A DNA stretch of 64,000 bases, taken from the NCBI GenBank assembly GCA_032718475.1, contig JAUCBJ010006988.1, forward strand, positions 146,075 to 210,074, read 5' to 3'. This document shows, in pieces, positions 51,851 through 63,741 of the stretch (positions within the stretch are counted from its first letter, which is position 1; every line of letters begins with the position of its first letter). Origin of the DNA: Nemertoderma westbladi. Taxonomy: Eukaryota; Animalia; Xenacoelomorpha. The notes below the pieces were generated by a model. That model was not told the origin of the DNA. It ran no database searches and saw only the letters and a list, made by a program, of their open reading frames with translations. Both the position numbers and the translations under genes were made by a program.

Positions 51851-51972
51851 TGAAATCAAATACCAAAAATATATTTATTATATGAACAATCTATTTGGAA
51901 ATTGTAAGTTCGGCCTATATCTTTACCATAAGCTCAGTATCTTTATCTGGTGTGTTTTTATTATTTTACCAA

Positions 51973-52602
51973 TTATTTAATATGTTTGATAGAATTGAAC
52001 AACACCGCCCAACACAACCAACTCTCTATCCGCCTCGAGCATCGAGAATACGAGAAACTCGATCGAAATACCTGCTTATCCCAGTAGTATCCGTCCGTAG
52101 ACACCGGACCGCTGCGGTTTACTCCCGTAGAACAGTAGAATTCCCGCAGCTTCCGACCCAATTCGACAACGAATTCGCTTCACACTTTCGCGTCACAGAG
52201 AACGTAATCCAGTGCGATAACGTCTGCCCAACGTTCAACCATTTCCCCCAGGCGATCCCAGGATCCGGGCCGCCGCTAAACCCAGATCGCAATCCTCGTC
52301 GATTCGTCCAGTCGTCGACGTATGTCAGTAAGTGGGACTCTTCCCACCGCACTCCAAGGTGGGTGACCGGAGTGAGGCATGAGGAACTTGGCAGTGGCCC
52401 GCATTACGATCTGACTGACCGCCGTATTCCCAGTGTCTGAGTGTAGTAAATACCCAAATAGAATCGTACTGACAAACAAGCAATTCCGTAGTATTCCCCC
52501 GTTAATCACCTCTTGAAGCAACTCGGCTGCTCGGGTCCAGATACATCGGACTGTCGGGAGCGTTTCAGACAGTAATGGAGCGGCATTTGCGAATATTTCC
52601 AA
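51973..52602 (-). pseudogene. Possible decayed gene fragment (~210 codons, two in-frame stops), product unknown
   Basis: ORFs 52276-52602 and 51973-52161 are in the same minus frame, in a GC-rich island with a hydrophobic stretch LRNCLFVSTILFGYLL. Confidence 0.3.
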
Positions 52603-53165
52603 TGGTTTTATAATAAATAAGGGGATTCAACAGTTCAATGCTAAAACAAATGGATTATTCCTAACCCCACCCCAATACAGCAATATACCTAACAGTATAT
52701 AGCTTTGCAGGATTCTCGATTCAGGGATTGAGTACAGCCTGACAGTACCGGTACACATGGTAGGCCTACATGCAGAATTGCAAAATTTGTCAGAAAACCC
52801 AGCTGATTTATCCTACAGTAATAATAATTTAACGCATTTTAAATTTGGATAAACAAATGTATTATAACTGCAATAACAGTTACACTGATGCTGCACGAAG
52901 GCCCCACGCAAATTCTACTTGGAAAATTTTCAAACTTTTGCCAAACAACATGTGTACCAAGTTTGGATAGATTTCATCAAGGATTGGCCGAGTTATTAAC
53001 GTTTAAAATAAAATACTGAAAAAAAACGCGACAGAACGACAGAACGACAGAACGACAGGTTGATTAATGGTACCACTACGCTAAGGCTCACTCACTTCGT
53101 GGCTCGCCCCACAGTAGGTCTGCACCGCAATAACTTTCAAAGCACCCGAATCCAGTCTCCCTTAA

Positions 53166-54686
53166 GGGGGCGGTACACCACCTGGTGTCAAAAAATTGAA
53201 AAAAAATTTTTTTGCCGAATATTGTGTGAAATTTTATGTAGATTCCGAATCTGAAATCGGTTTTGTCATATCTCGATTGGATCTCGAGTTATACGTCTTT
53301 AACTGAGACCATGTTGACGGACAGACTGACAGACAGACCGACAGACCGACAGACAGTCTGGATAGGGTCAAAAGTGAAAACTGACAGCGGAAATGAAATC
53401 CTTGACCAGGAAAACCCCAATAGAGAGAATTTTAATTAGCTAATGTGATTCCTTATACTTTTGACGGACAGACCGACAGACCGACAGCCAGTCTGGATAG
53501 GGTCAAAAGTGAAAACTGACAGCGGAAATGAAATCCTTGACCAGGAAAACCCCCATAGAGAGAATTTTAATTTGCTAATGTGATTCCTTATACTTTTGAC
53601 GGACAGACTGACAGACAGACCGACAGACAGTCTGGATAGGGTCAAAAGTGAAAACTGACAGCGGAAATGAAATCCTTGACCAGGAAAACCCCCATAGAGA
53701 GAATTTTAATTAGCTAATGTGATTCCTTATATTTTCGACGGACAGACTGACAGACAGACAGACCAACAGACCGACAGACAGTCTGCATAGGGTCAAAAGT
53801 GAAAACTGACAGCGGAAATGAAATCCTTGTCCAGGAAAACCCCCATAGCGAGAATTTTAATTAGCTAATGTGATTCCTTATACTTTTGACGGACAGACTG
53901 AAAGACAGACCGACAGACAGACCGACAGACAGTCTGGATAGGGTCAAAGTGAAAACTGACAGCGGAAATGAAATCCTTGACAAGGAAAACCCCCATAGCG
54001 AGAATGTTAGTAGATTTTATTCTTTCTAAAGTCTTGACAGACAAACAGACAGAAATACTGACAGACTTCAGAAATTCATGAATTAGAGTTGGGCACTTGG
54101 GGGTTTGAATAATTTACAGTTAGGTACCGAAAGGGTTAAAACTTTAACCTCATTTTTCTCAGAATGTCATTTTTTGACCTCAAAAATGTATCTAGTCCGC
54201 CAATTTTCAATGAATTGAGCTGAAATTTGGAAAGTATCTCCAGACCGACGCACTCTTTAGAAATTGTGGTCAAATTTTTTTTTTTTAGCTTCGTTCGTTT
54301 TTTATTCAATGTTAAATGTAGAAATTTCGTGATTTTTTCGTTCTAAATGAAAAGTAATTTTTGATTGGCTATAAAAAAAGATCAAAACAAAATTTTAAAA
54401 ATTTGACCACAATTTCTGTTTATCATGACTTGGAGAATATGCACACCAAATTTCGAGCGAAAATAATTATAAATAAATATGTAGATAGGTTTTGTAATAT
54501 AGTCAATATTTATTAATATTAACTATTATTAAATTATTATAAATAGTTAATTCGAAAAAATTTTTTTGCCAAAAGTTGTATCTACAACCCAACTCTAATT
54601 GTGCCAATTTTCGAAAATACTTGACAATTTTGAAGCACACGACAATGATTTTTGTAAAAAATGCGCTTAGGTGGTGTACCGCCCCC
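53166..54686. mobile_element. Non-autonomous Kolobok-type DNA transposon (TTAA TSD) with internal ~150-bp tandem repeats
   Basis: 18-bp TIR GGGGGCGGTACACCACCT/AGGTGGTGTACCGCCCCC. TTAA is duplicated (53162-65, 54687-90) but single in the 5' LTR. RR...YY termini with a TTAA TSD fit Kolobok. Five gacag-rich units at ~53314-54010. Confidence 0.85.
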
Positions 54687-55416
54687 TTAACAGTGGGTGA
54701 ATGATCGCGCATAGACTGGCTTCGGCTAATGTAACTTCATGTGCACCAAATAATTGTTATAGGCTAAAGTCGATTTATAAACAAGAGGACAACTAAAATT
54801 GGCAGGTTAAACTGCTAAAGGTCTGAAAGCGCGAACAAGGCCCTACATGGAAAAAAAATGTTCATCATCTTTTTCCAATATTCTCTCGAACCTTTATAAA
54901 CTCCGCTGGCGCCCGATAAATAAAATGCCTAGAGAATATTGAAAAAAGTTATTCTTTTTTCCCATGTAATAAATAATTATTTATATAACTTTTAGGAATT
55001 TTTAAACAACTTTTGCTAACGAAAATGGTGCTTTAGATAGTAGGGCCTACTTAGTTTGCTTTAATAGCATTTAAAAAAATTAAGTCAAAATATTATAATG
55101 ATAAGTTTGAAGTTATCACAAATTAATAATGTAAAACAAATATACTGAAGTCTAACTAAAATAACTTCACAATGGAAATTAGGCAGTGCAGTAGTGTATT
55201 ACCTACAATTACTTAATATTAATATAAATAATATAAATTGTAATATTAGCATTAATTTGTAAGCAATTAACGGGGGGGGGGGGGGGTATACCCCCCTTTA
55301 ACAAACTAAAAAACTAAATTCAATTTCAGCAAAGATTGGATAAATAACACAAATTTTAAAAGTTTACAAGGACTGAAGCATAAGAAGCTTCTTATAGGAC
55401 ATCAGAATAAATTATG

Positions 55417-56427
55417 TTAATCTTTGAACGCTATTTTCATCTCAACCTGATCAGCTGAATTGTATTGAGTGAGAGTTTCCCAAAATGGACCTGTTTTATC
55501 GTTTTTCCCGTAAACCCCATTAAGATTTGAATCCTGAACCACGGTATCACCACAACTCTGGTACCACCACGCACCTTTATAGACCTTGGCGCAATTGCTT
55601 TCTAAGGAGTGATCGTTGTCCACATCAAACGTCGAGAATGGCATAGCGTTATGGTAACCAAGTGAATCCCCGGCGTTTCCATCCGGAGTACCGAATTCTA
55701 TACGGTATTTACTCAGCTCGTCTGTGATGTAAAAGTTCGGGTATTCCGTGTAGCTCGATACGTTGTTGTATCTGAGATCCACTCGTAGTGTTACAGCCCC
55801 GATCTGCGTCCGGGTCAACCAATGCAGCGACTCGAGACCCAACCAGAAGCTGCTCTCGGAATGGCCGAATCCCGACTTGTAGGCGAGCCAATCGCGGTAG
55901 AAGTCGGCGGATCCATCGACGCGTCTGTGGAACACGATCCAAGGGCCGCCCGCAGTGGATGCTTCGCATCGCAGTAGGTTGGGATCGATACGACGGATCA
56001 ACCAACGGACGGCGTCGTGGAACTGGGCCGGAGCCTTCGCGTTCGAGTCGAGACAGTCGCGAATCGCCGACCTGTGCCCGTATATAAGCCACTCGTACAA
56101 ATGGCTATCCAGCCAATCAGAAATGTTCTGTATCAGCTGTTTCTCCTCTGCCGATGACGCAGCCTGATTCACCCCAATAGCTGTGCCGATAACTATGGAG
56201 ATCACTATGGTTGCTAAGAAACCAATAATCAATATGATATTGGTAACCCTAGCTCGTCGAGCGTTTTCCTTTAGTATTCTATCGTTTTTCTCACTTAACG
56301 TAATAAACATTGCGGCTAAGTGGCCAACGTCATCACCGTCCACTTCAGGTTGACCATAAGGAATACGCATCCCCAAGTGGTTATCTTCTGGTGGTACCAT
56401 CCCTCTTCTATAGCAAATATTCCCCAT
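55417..56427 (-). CDS. Fibrinogen-related domain protein with an N-terminal transmembrane anchor (FIBCD1/ficolin-like FReD), 336 aa, intronless
   Basis: TM IILIIGFLATIVISIVIGTAIGV. FReD motifs RDC, GGPWIVFHRRVDGSADFYRDWLAYKSGFG, FWLGLESLHWLT, GDSLGYHNAMPFSTFDVDND, NCAKVYKGAWWY, SNLNG, VEMKI. Confidence 0.92.
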   Translation of the reverse strand: MGNICYRRGMVPPEDNHLGMRIPYGQPEVDGDDVGHLAAMFITLSEKNDRILKENARRARVTNIILIIGFLATIVISIVIGTAIGVNQAASSAEEKQLIQNISDWLDSHLYEWLIYGHRSAIRDCLDSNAKAPAQFHDAVRWLIRRIDPNLLRCEASTAGGPWIVFHRRVDGSADFYRDWLAYKSGFGHSESSFWLGLESLHWLTRTQIGAVTLRVDLRYNNVSSYTEYPNFYITDELSKYRIEFGTPDGNAGDSLGYHNAMPFSTFDVDNDHSLESNCAKVYKGAWWYQSCGDTVVQDSNLNGVYGKNDKTGPFWETLTQYNSADQVEMKIAFKD

Positions 56428-57363
56428 TATATTTTGTTAAATAATATAATTATTAGACCTAATTAGTCTGATTTAATTGAATAAAAGCCGCCAGTATTAT
56501 TATGCAGCAAACATTGAGTTAATTGGAATGACTACAAACATAAAATATGAATTCAGTGGGTTTAAAAATTAATTTAAATTAATTTAAAATATTAAGGGAA
56601 ATGAGCAGGTTACAATGGTGGTGTTTTCTAACCAAAACAATAAGTGAAACTTCAACATTACAGTTGAAATGTAAATAAATCAGATAATCTATAATCAGAA
56701 AATATATTTCATACACGTCGATGGCCTAAAAACAAAATGGTATATCCGAAAATATTCAAATTTCAGTTTTATCCACCATAGGGTTTTCCAGGGCGCTCTC
56801 CACGCTCCTGTGATTGGCTAAGCGCCAAACCAATAAAATAACAGAGTAATGGGGCTATGAAATAATGGGATATGCGAAGACAATTTAAATTACAGTTGCA
56901 AAACAGGATATCCCGACTTAGAAGATGTTTCTAACTGGGATATCCAATATTTGCATTTAATACTTCCACATATCCCATTTTGCAATTTAGTATTCCTATT
57001 GAATACTATTAAGGAGAAAGACGGGGCAAATTCAAAACAGTCTGTGATTTCCATTATTTGAATACAACATATTTAAACACACTAACTAAATAGTATCAGA
57101 AATATAATATGTGGTATGGTTATTTTGACGTACTACACAGCATGTTGATCGCCTGTCAATGTGGGTACAGAGTAGCGCCTGTCTGACATATGGGAGTGTT
57201 TTAACGTGGTATGTTATGCAAATTAGTTAAAAAAAATTGGAACATAAACCTGATTTTTAATAAGCTTATCAAATATTTACTAGAAACCAAAATATTATTA
57301 TTAATATTGTAGAACTATAAATCAGTCAGTATATTATCATATTATATATTATTTTGTAAAATA

Positions 57364-58157
57364 ATGTTCAGGCAGGGAGATAAAGTGGATGTTTTGTGGA
57401 GGAAGCAATGGTGGACAGGAGGCGAAATACGGGCTGTTCATGAAAAGTCATGCTCAGTGGTGTTTGATAAATCAGTCTATGGAACCCGTTGGAGTCACCC
57501 GCAACGTTACATTCACGAGAAAATTCGTTTAACGGATTTTTCACAAGGTTCTTTTTTCACATGCTTCCACGAGCAATGGAGTCTTACTTCCTCATATTGC
57601 AACTTCTTTAACCTCAGCGACAGTGCCAGACTAAACTATAATTACAGAAGAGAGTCACGTTTCGGATTTGGATATAACAACACTGGAGATTAGGTTAGAT
57701 TGTGACTACGAAAGAAAACCGACCACCTGTTACAGTGGAAACTCCCACTCAACAACAAGACTACCAACTGCCTCAAAATTTCCCATTGTCACCATTTTTC
57801 TTCTCTACTTTAGATACGTGCGATTTAAATGAGCTGGAATTATTAAATGGAGATGTTAGTCTTGGTGATACACAAATATATAATGACATCCCCCAACCCC
57901 AACCTTTTCTTCATTCAGAATCTTTACCAGGTCCAAACGTAGACCAAGCACCTGATGCGAATTCCGGACCTCGGAAACGAAGACGATTTGCCAATCCTGA
58001 GGAGTGGGTCAGACAAAAAAATAAAAAAGCACGGATGCAAGGTTTGGAATATGAAGGGGTTGTAAAGGGGGAAAAGGCCACAAAGGTTTTAAGATCTATG
58101 GGTGCAGGGTGTAACTCACAAGCATGTGAAAAACAATATGGGTATATATATATATAG
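57364..58157 (+). pseudogene. ORF fragments: Tudor/Agenet-like beta-barrel start, then a basic motif typical of transposase-associated ORFs
   Basis: FRQGDKVDVLWRKQWWTGGEIRAVHEKSCSVVFD is Tudor-like. RKRRRFANPEEWVRQKNKKARMQGLEY...C..C resembles N-terminal regions of invertebrate DNA-transposon proteins. No catalytic domain is seen. Confidence 0.35.
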
Positions 58158-59032
58158 ATATAATGTATCAAATACGCCTTTCTTATATATGATATTGGTT
58201 CAGATCGCAGTTAACAATGCGCAATAAATATAAAAAATGACGAATAAACAAATTATGATTAAAAATGAATTTTCTAAAAAGGGATTAGTAGGAAATGCAC
58301 CATAAATGAAAAAATTGTGAAGCTAATAATATAATACTGTAAAACCAATAAATTTTATTTAAAAATAGAACATTATTTTAACTCCTTCCATAGAAATGGC
58401 GTTAAACAATCAACTACATTATTTTCACTCCCTTTGACAATGTTTTCACTGCAAATTTAGCTATTGAATTCATAGAATGTGATTTGTAATTACAATGGAG
58501 TGGAGCCCCAGTGGGGGAAGGAACGGCTGATGAAACGAACATATGTGTGACCAGTAAACATCCACTGGGAAGCAGCACCGAAAACTTGCGCCAATCACGT
58601 TTCTGCATTGAAGTATTGGTATGGCTGTATGTTATGACGGATTGTTGAATGTCTAGGTACGCCCTACAAGTAATAATGACAGGGTTTTAATGTGGTTCAT
58701 GTTAAGGTTAGGATAAAGGTTCGTATTATGCGGTCAGACAATTTTAATGATAGGGGTTTTCTCAACAATTTACATTTATTATATTTGCCGGCTTCTCTGT
58801 TTATTGCATTTCTACTAAGTATATTCTGGCACACGAACAACAAGAAACTTGTCTCAATTTGTAATATTTACGAACATGTATGAAACGCCAATTTTGTTAT
58901 AAAATATTCACATGCGCCAGAAGCTAAATATGTTAACAATTTGCCAATGTGGTTACTACAAGTCGACATATCGTCAGGGTATATGTAAAACGGTCTCAAT
59001 ACGCCCAGAGTAATGTTATGATTCAGTTTTGC

Positions 59033-59284
59033 AGATAGGGGGGGGAACTGGACGCAATAAAATTTCATCCCTCTCCAGGGGAAATTCGACGCAAATAACA
59101 GCTAATTTACTCTCCAAAAGAAAACTGTAAGCTTTTCTATTTTGTTTAGTTTATTGTTTTGGTTAAAATAACGTTTCACTGTAACCTGCTCCTTTCCCTA
59201 AATTGAGAATTTAACATTGAGGCGGGATATTAATTCGCCAAGGCGGGTTTTGCTTCCATTTCCCCCCCCCCCCCCCCCTTTTTC
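59033..59284. mobile_element. Second, internally deleted copy of the MITE at 51348-51850
   Basis: Inserted between cagttttgc and gttatcg. The paralogous units (61323-61338, 62946-62961) show the empty site. Confidence 0.75.
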
Positions 59285-59441
59285 GTTATCGCTGTTATGG
59301 TTTCATGTAAGGGTTCTGTTTCAAGATACAATTATGATTCGGGTAGTGCTTTAGATCTCTCAAGGTCACAGTGAGGTAAAAATGATACCGATATGGTTTT
59401 ATCCATGATTTAGTTATGGTCCATGTTATGGTTCAGATTAA

Positions 59442-59830
59442 CCCTTTGCGTACCAATACTTAAAAAAGGCGGCACACTTCCTCAATTTTCATTCTAAATA
59501 ATTCAGGACCATGCTCCTAAAGGCGGCAGTGTGCGCCTTTATATAATTATAACTTCACCCCCGGGCGGCAGGGTGCCGCCTTTATTTAAATGCTCTTATA
59601 ACTTTCTTATAACTATTGAGGAAGAAAAATGGAGTTCATATTCGTGATGGGCGGCAGGAAAAACTGGTCTAGAAAAGTTAATTTAATTTTGCTTGAAGGG
59701 ATTCCTATTGGTTTGAGGGTAATATATTACATTACATAATTTATGCAATTTAATTTCAATTTAACCCATAATATTCTTACAATTGATTAAGGCGGCATTG
59801 TGCCGCCCATGGGGTTCAAATGAAGGATTT
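59442..59830. mobile_element. piggyBac-like terminal fragment inserted at TTAA
   Basis: ggttcagaTTAA|CCCTTTGCGTACC, whereas the paralogous units read ggttcagaTTAAggtttg. The matching other end was not found. Confidence 0.5.
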
Positions 59831-60467
59831 AAAAATTCAGAAAATGGTTAAAGGCGATAGTTACATATTTTTCGTTGAGTCGGAGAATTGTCTCGCTCTC
59901 GTTAAAGTTGTACGTGAGTTTAATTTCGTTTAATATTAAATTGTAATGTACATAGTTAAATCTTTATCGTTGAGTCGTACTATTCTCACGTTCTCGGTAA
60001 AGTTGTACGTAGTGTAATTACGTTTTATATTGGTTTTAGGTTAGCATAGTGTAATATTGTATTTGTAACCAAGTAACATAAAGGACCCCCTTGGAAATAA
60101 GCAGCAAAGCTTTAGGGGTAAACCTATAGGCTACAGTATGTTGGACAATACCTATATGCATTATTTGGTGCATCTGTTATTGATTTTTACATGTATAAAT
60201 AAATCTATCCATTTGTCTTATTCATTTGTTTTATATGGGACGCCAATTTAGATGTAAAAGGTTTACAATGTGCCAACTATAAATATGTGAACAATTTGCT
60301 AATTTCGTGAATAAAAGACTACATAACGCCAGTATGTATGTAAAATAGTTCTATTTCGCCAAAAGTGACGATAGACAATATGATCTTATTGTGTGGTTCT
60401 GCTTAGGTTCTGGATACGACATGGTTCATTGTGTGTCTTTGAGGGATGATTCTGTTTTGCGTTATAA

Positions 60468-60563
60468 AGTAAAGTAAAGTAACGTAAAAGTAAATTTTCT
60501 ATGTGAGGATCGAACCCACGACCTACGGGAGATGTGAATTCAATGCAACCACTACACCAAGGT
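60468..60563 (-). mobile_element. Short tRNA-derived SINE-like sequence
   Basis: Minus strand has A-box TGGTGTAGTGG, B-box GGTTCGATCC and a (TTTAC)n tail; it lacks an intact anticodon arm. Confidence 0.55.
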
Positions 60564-61603
60564 GGAACCTAATCTGGTTGAGTATTTTAGTCAGCACAGA
60601 CTCGTCTTCATTACAACTATCATTGCACTCGTTCAATAAGCCTGCGTTCACCAAAATAAATGGGCTGGTCCAGACCGACCCCAATAAGCTAAACTTGGTG
60701 AATGCAATCACTGATCAACTGACGGCAGCCATCTGATCGGTAGGTTTCTCCTCACGATTGAAGACATTCTCAAGAGGCAGGCCAAGAGATGACATTAAGA
60801 GTGGAGCCCCAAAAGGGATGGAACGGCTGATGAAACGAACATATGTGTGAACAGTAAACATCCACTGGGAAGCAGCACCGAAAACTTGCGCCAATCACGT
60901 TTCAGCATTCAAGTATTGGTATGGGTGTATGGTATGACGGACTGTTCAATGTCTAGGTACGCCCTACAAGTAATAATGACAAGGTTTTAATGTGGTTCAT
61001 GTTAAGGTTAGGATAAAGGTTCGTATTATGCGGTCAGACAATTTTAATGATAGGGGTTTTTATTATATTTATTATATTTTCCGGCTTCTCTGTTTATTGC
61101 ATTTCTACTAAGTATATTCTGGCACACAAACAACAAAAAACTTGTCTCAATTTGTAATATTTACGAACATGTAATGAAACGCCAATTTTGTTATAAAATG
61201 TTCGGCATGCGCCAGATGCTAAATATGTAAACAATTTGCCCATGAGGTTATTAAAGTCTACATATCGCCAGGTTATACAGTATGTAAAATGGTTTCAATA
61301 CCCCCAGAGTAAGGGTATGGTTCAGTTTTGCGTTATCGTTGTTATGGTTTCATGTAAGGGTTCTTTTTCAAGATATGATTATGATTCGGGTAAGTTTTTA
61401 GATCTCTCAAGATCACAGTGCAGGTAATGATACCGGTATGGTTTTGTTATGGTCCATGTTATGGTTCAGATTAAGGTTTGGGTATTGGTTCAGATTATGT
61501 AAATGATGTGGCGTTCTAAACAAATTACTGTACGCTGGGCATTCCTAAATATTACCCGCAGAATTCTGCTCAGTGAATTTTTTGGTTTCTGACATATAAA
61601 AAA

Positions 61604-62113
61604 TACTACTACTACTACTACAAGGTCGAGCGAACTCGGACAGTGGAAATGAGATCCTTCCAGGCTTCCCGATTCTCCATAGTTGTAGAATTTAGTTTCT
61701 CCCAAGTTTAGAATCCTTTTCAAGTTTATCTATATACAGTATGTTATGGATGGTCGACAACGACTACGCTTTCCATGAGTTGGTTGCCAGAGAAGTAGAT
61801 CTGGTATGACCTCGTCTTTACTTCGCCAGCAGTGCCCACTGAATCTTAATCTGTGTTCACGGAGGGTGGTTGATACAGGTGGTATTGTACCATAAAGCTC
61901 GGCGTTTGTCATGTGTTGTCTCCAGCTGATGTTTAGCGATGTCGTTGGCAGTCTTAAGTCTTGTGTAGCAACCATCAATTCGTTGTTCAAGTGATTTGGG
62001 AGCTACCCAAGCCTTTGCTTTCCTAACTTCTATGTCCTTTTTGCTACTCTCTATCCATGATCCAAGGTACTGGAAGTCGTCGACCTTCCTTAGTTGATTA
62101 TTATCAATGGTTG
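61604..62113 (-). mobile_element. RTE-like LINE 3' fragment
   Basis: VDDFQYLGSWI..KDIEVRKAKAW and LNISWRQHMTNAELYG...RLRFSGHCWR, with a (TAG)n tail. Confidence 0.85.
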
Positions 62114-63226
62114 TCTAGTTTCCATCAACATTAAAGTGTAAAAATATCATTCAAAATATAAAAAATAACATGTCTTATTAATTTGTTTATATGGGAATTT
62201 GAATTGAAACGCCAATTTAGATGTAAAATGTTTACTATGTGCCAACTATAAATATGCCAATGTGAACAATTTGCCAATTTTGTGAATAAAAGACTACATA
62301 ACGCCAGTATCTACGTAAAATGGTTTTAATTCGACAAAAATTGTCGATAGCCAATATGTTCTTATTGTGTGGTTCTGTTTAGGTTCTGGATACGACATGG
62401 TTCATTGCCGTATTTTGTCTTGGGGAAATGGTTCCGCTTTGCATGATACGAAAATATGTGTGACCAGTAAACATCCACTGGGAAGCAGCACCGAAAACTT
62501 GCGCCAATCACGTTTCTGCATTGAAGTATTGGTATGGCTGTATGGTATGACGGGCTGTTGAATGTCTAGGTACGCCCTACAAGTAATAATGACAAGGTTT
62601 TAATGTAGTTCATGTTAAGGTTAGGATAAAGGTTCGGGTTATGTGGTCAGACAATTTTAATGATAGGGGTTTTTATTATATTTATTAGATATATTATATT
62701 TTCCGGCTTCTCTGTTTATTGCATTTCTACTAAGTATATTCTGGCACACAAACAACAAAAAACTTGTCTCAATTTGTAATATTTACGAACATGTAATGAA
62801 ACGCCAATTTTGTTATAAAATGTTCGGCATGCGCCAGATGCTAAATATGTAAACAATTTGCCAATGAGGTTATTAAAAGTCTACATATCGCCAGCTTATA
62901 CAGTATGTAAAATGGTTTCAATACCCCCAGAGTAAGGGTATGGTTCAGTTTTGCGTTATCGTTGTTATGGTTTCATGTAAGGGTTCTTTTTCAAGATATG
63001 ATTATGATTCGGGTAAGTTTTTAGATCTCTCAAGATCACAGTGCAGGTAATGATACCGGTATGGTTTTGTTATGGTCCATGTTATGGTTCAGATTAAGGT
63101 TTGGGTATTGGTTCAGATTATGTAAATGATGTGGCGTTCTAAACAAATTACTGTACGCTGGGCATTCCTAAATATTACCCGCATAATTCTGCTCAGTGAA
63201 TTTTTTGGTTTCTGACATATAAAAAA

Positions 63227-63741
63227 TACTACTACTACTACTACTACAAGGTCGAGCGAACTCGGACAGTGGAAATGAGATCCTTCCAGGCTTCCCGATT
63301 CTCCATAGTTGTAGAATTTAGTTTCTCCCAAGTTTAGAATCCTTTTCAAGTTTATCTATATACAGTATGTTATGGATGGTCGACAACGACTACGCTTTCC
63401 ATGAGTTGGTTGCCAGAGAAGTAGATCTGGTATGACCTCGTCTTTACTTCGCCAGCAGTGCCCACTGAATCTTAATCTGTGTTCACGGAGGGTGGTTGAT
63501 ACAGGTGGTATTGTACCATAAAGCTCGGCGTTTGTCATGTGTTGTCTCCAGCTGATGTTTAGCGATGTCCTTGGTAGTCTTAAGTCTTGTGTAGCAACCA
63601 TCAATTCGTTGTTCAAGTGATTTGGGAGCTACCCAAGCCTTTGCTTTCCTAACTTCTATGTCCTTTTTGCTACTCTCTATCCATGATCCAAGGTACTGGA
63701 AGTCGTCGACCTTCCTTAATTGATTATTATCAATGGTTGTC
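63227..63741 (-). mobile_element. RTE-like LINE 3' fragment (duplicated copy)
   Basis: Near-identical to 61604-62113; part of the tandem unit. Confidence 0.85.

Larger units (their letters stand above)
50499..53113 (+). mobile_element. Composite HINE/DINE-1-like (Helentron-associated) insertion in the 3' LTR
   Basis: Absent from the 5' LTR (empty site aataca|gtagg, ends ambiguous by ~3 bp). 20-bp inverted repeat at 50503-50522/52889-52908, 5' hairpin, (gacagaac)n microsatellite near the 3' end. The family assignment is inferred from architecture only. Confidence 0.6.
32502..54837 (+). mobile_element. Full-length BEL/Pao LTR retrotransposon copy 2 (~18.2 kb excluding nested insertions) with an extra ORF
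   Basis: Two near-identical TG...CA LTRs flanked by the 5-bp TSD AGGCC (32497-32501 and 54838-54842). Gag-PR-RT-RH-IN order and the three BEL/Pao-type zinc knuckles are present. Confidence 0.96.
49578..54837 (+). repeat. 3' LTR of copy 2, in three pieces (49578-50498, 53114-53165, 54691-54837)
   Basis: The concatenated pieces reproduce the 5' LTR, and the last piece is followed by the TSD AGGCC. Confidence 0.95.
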
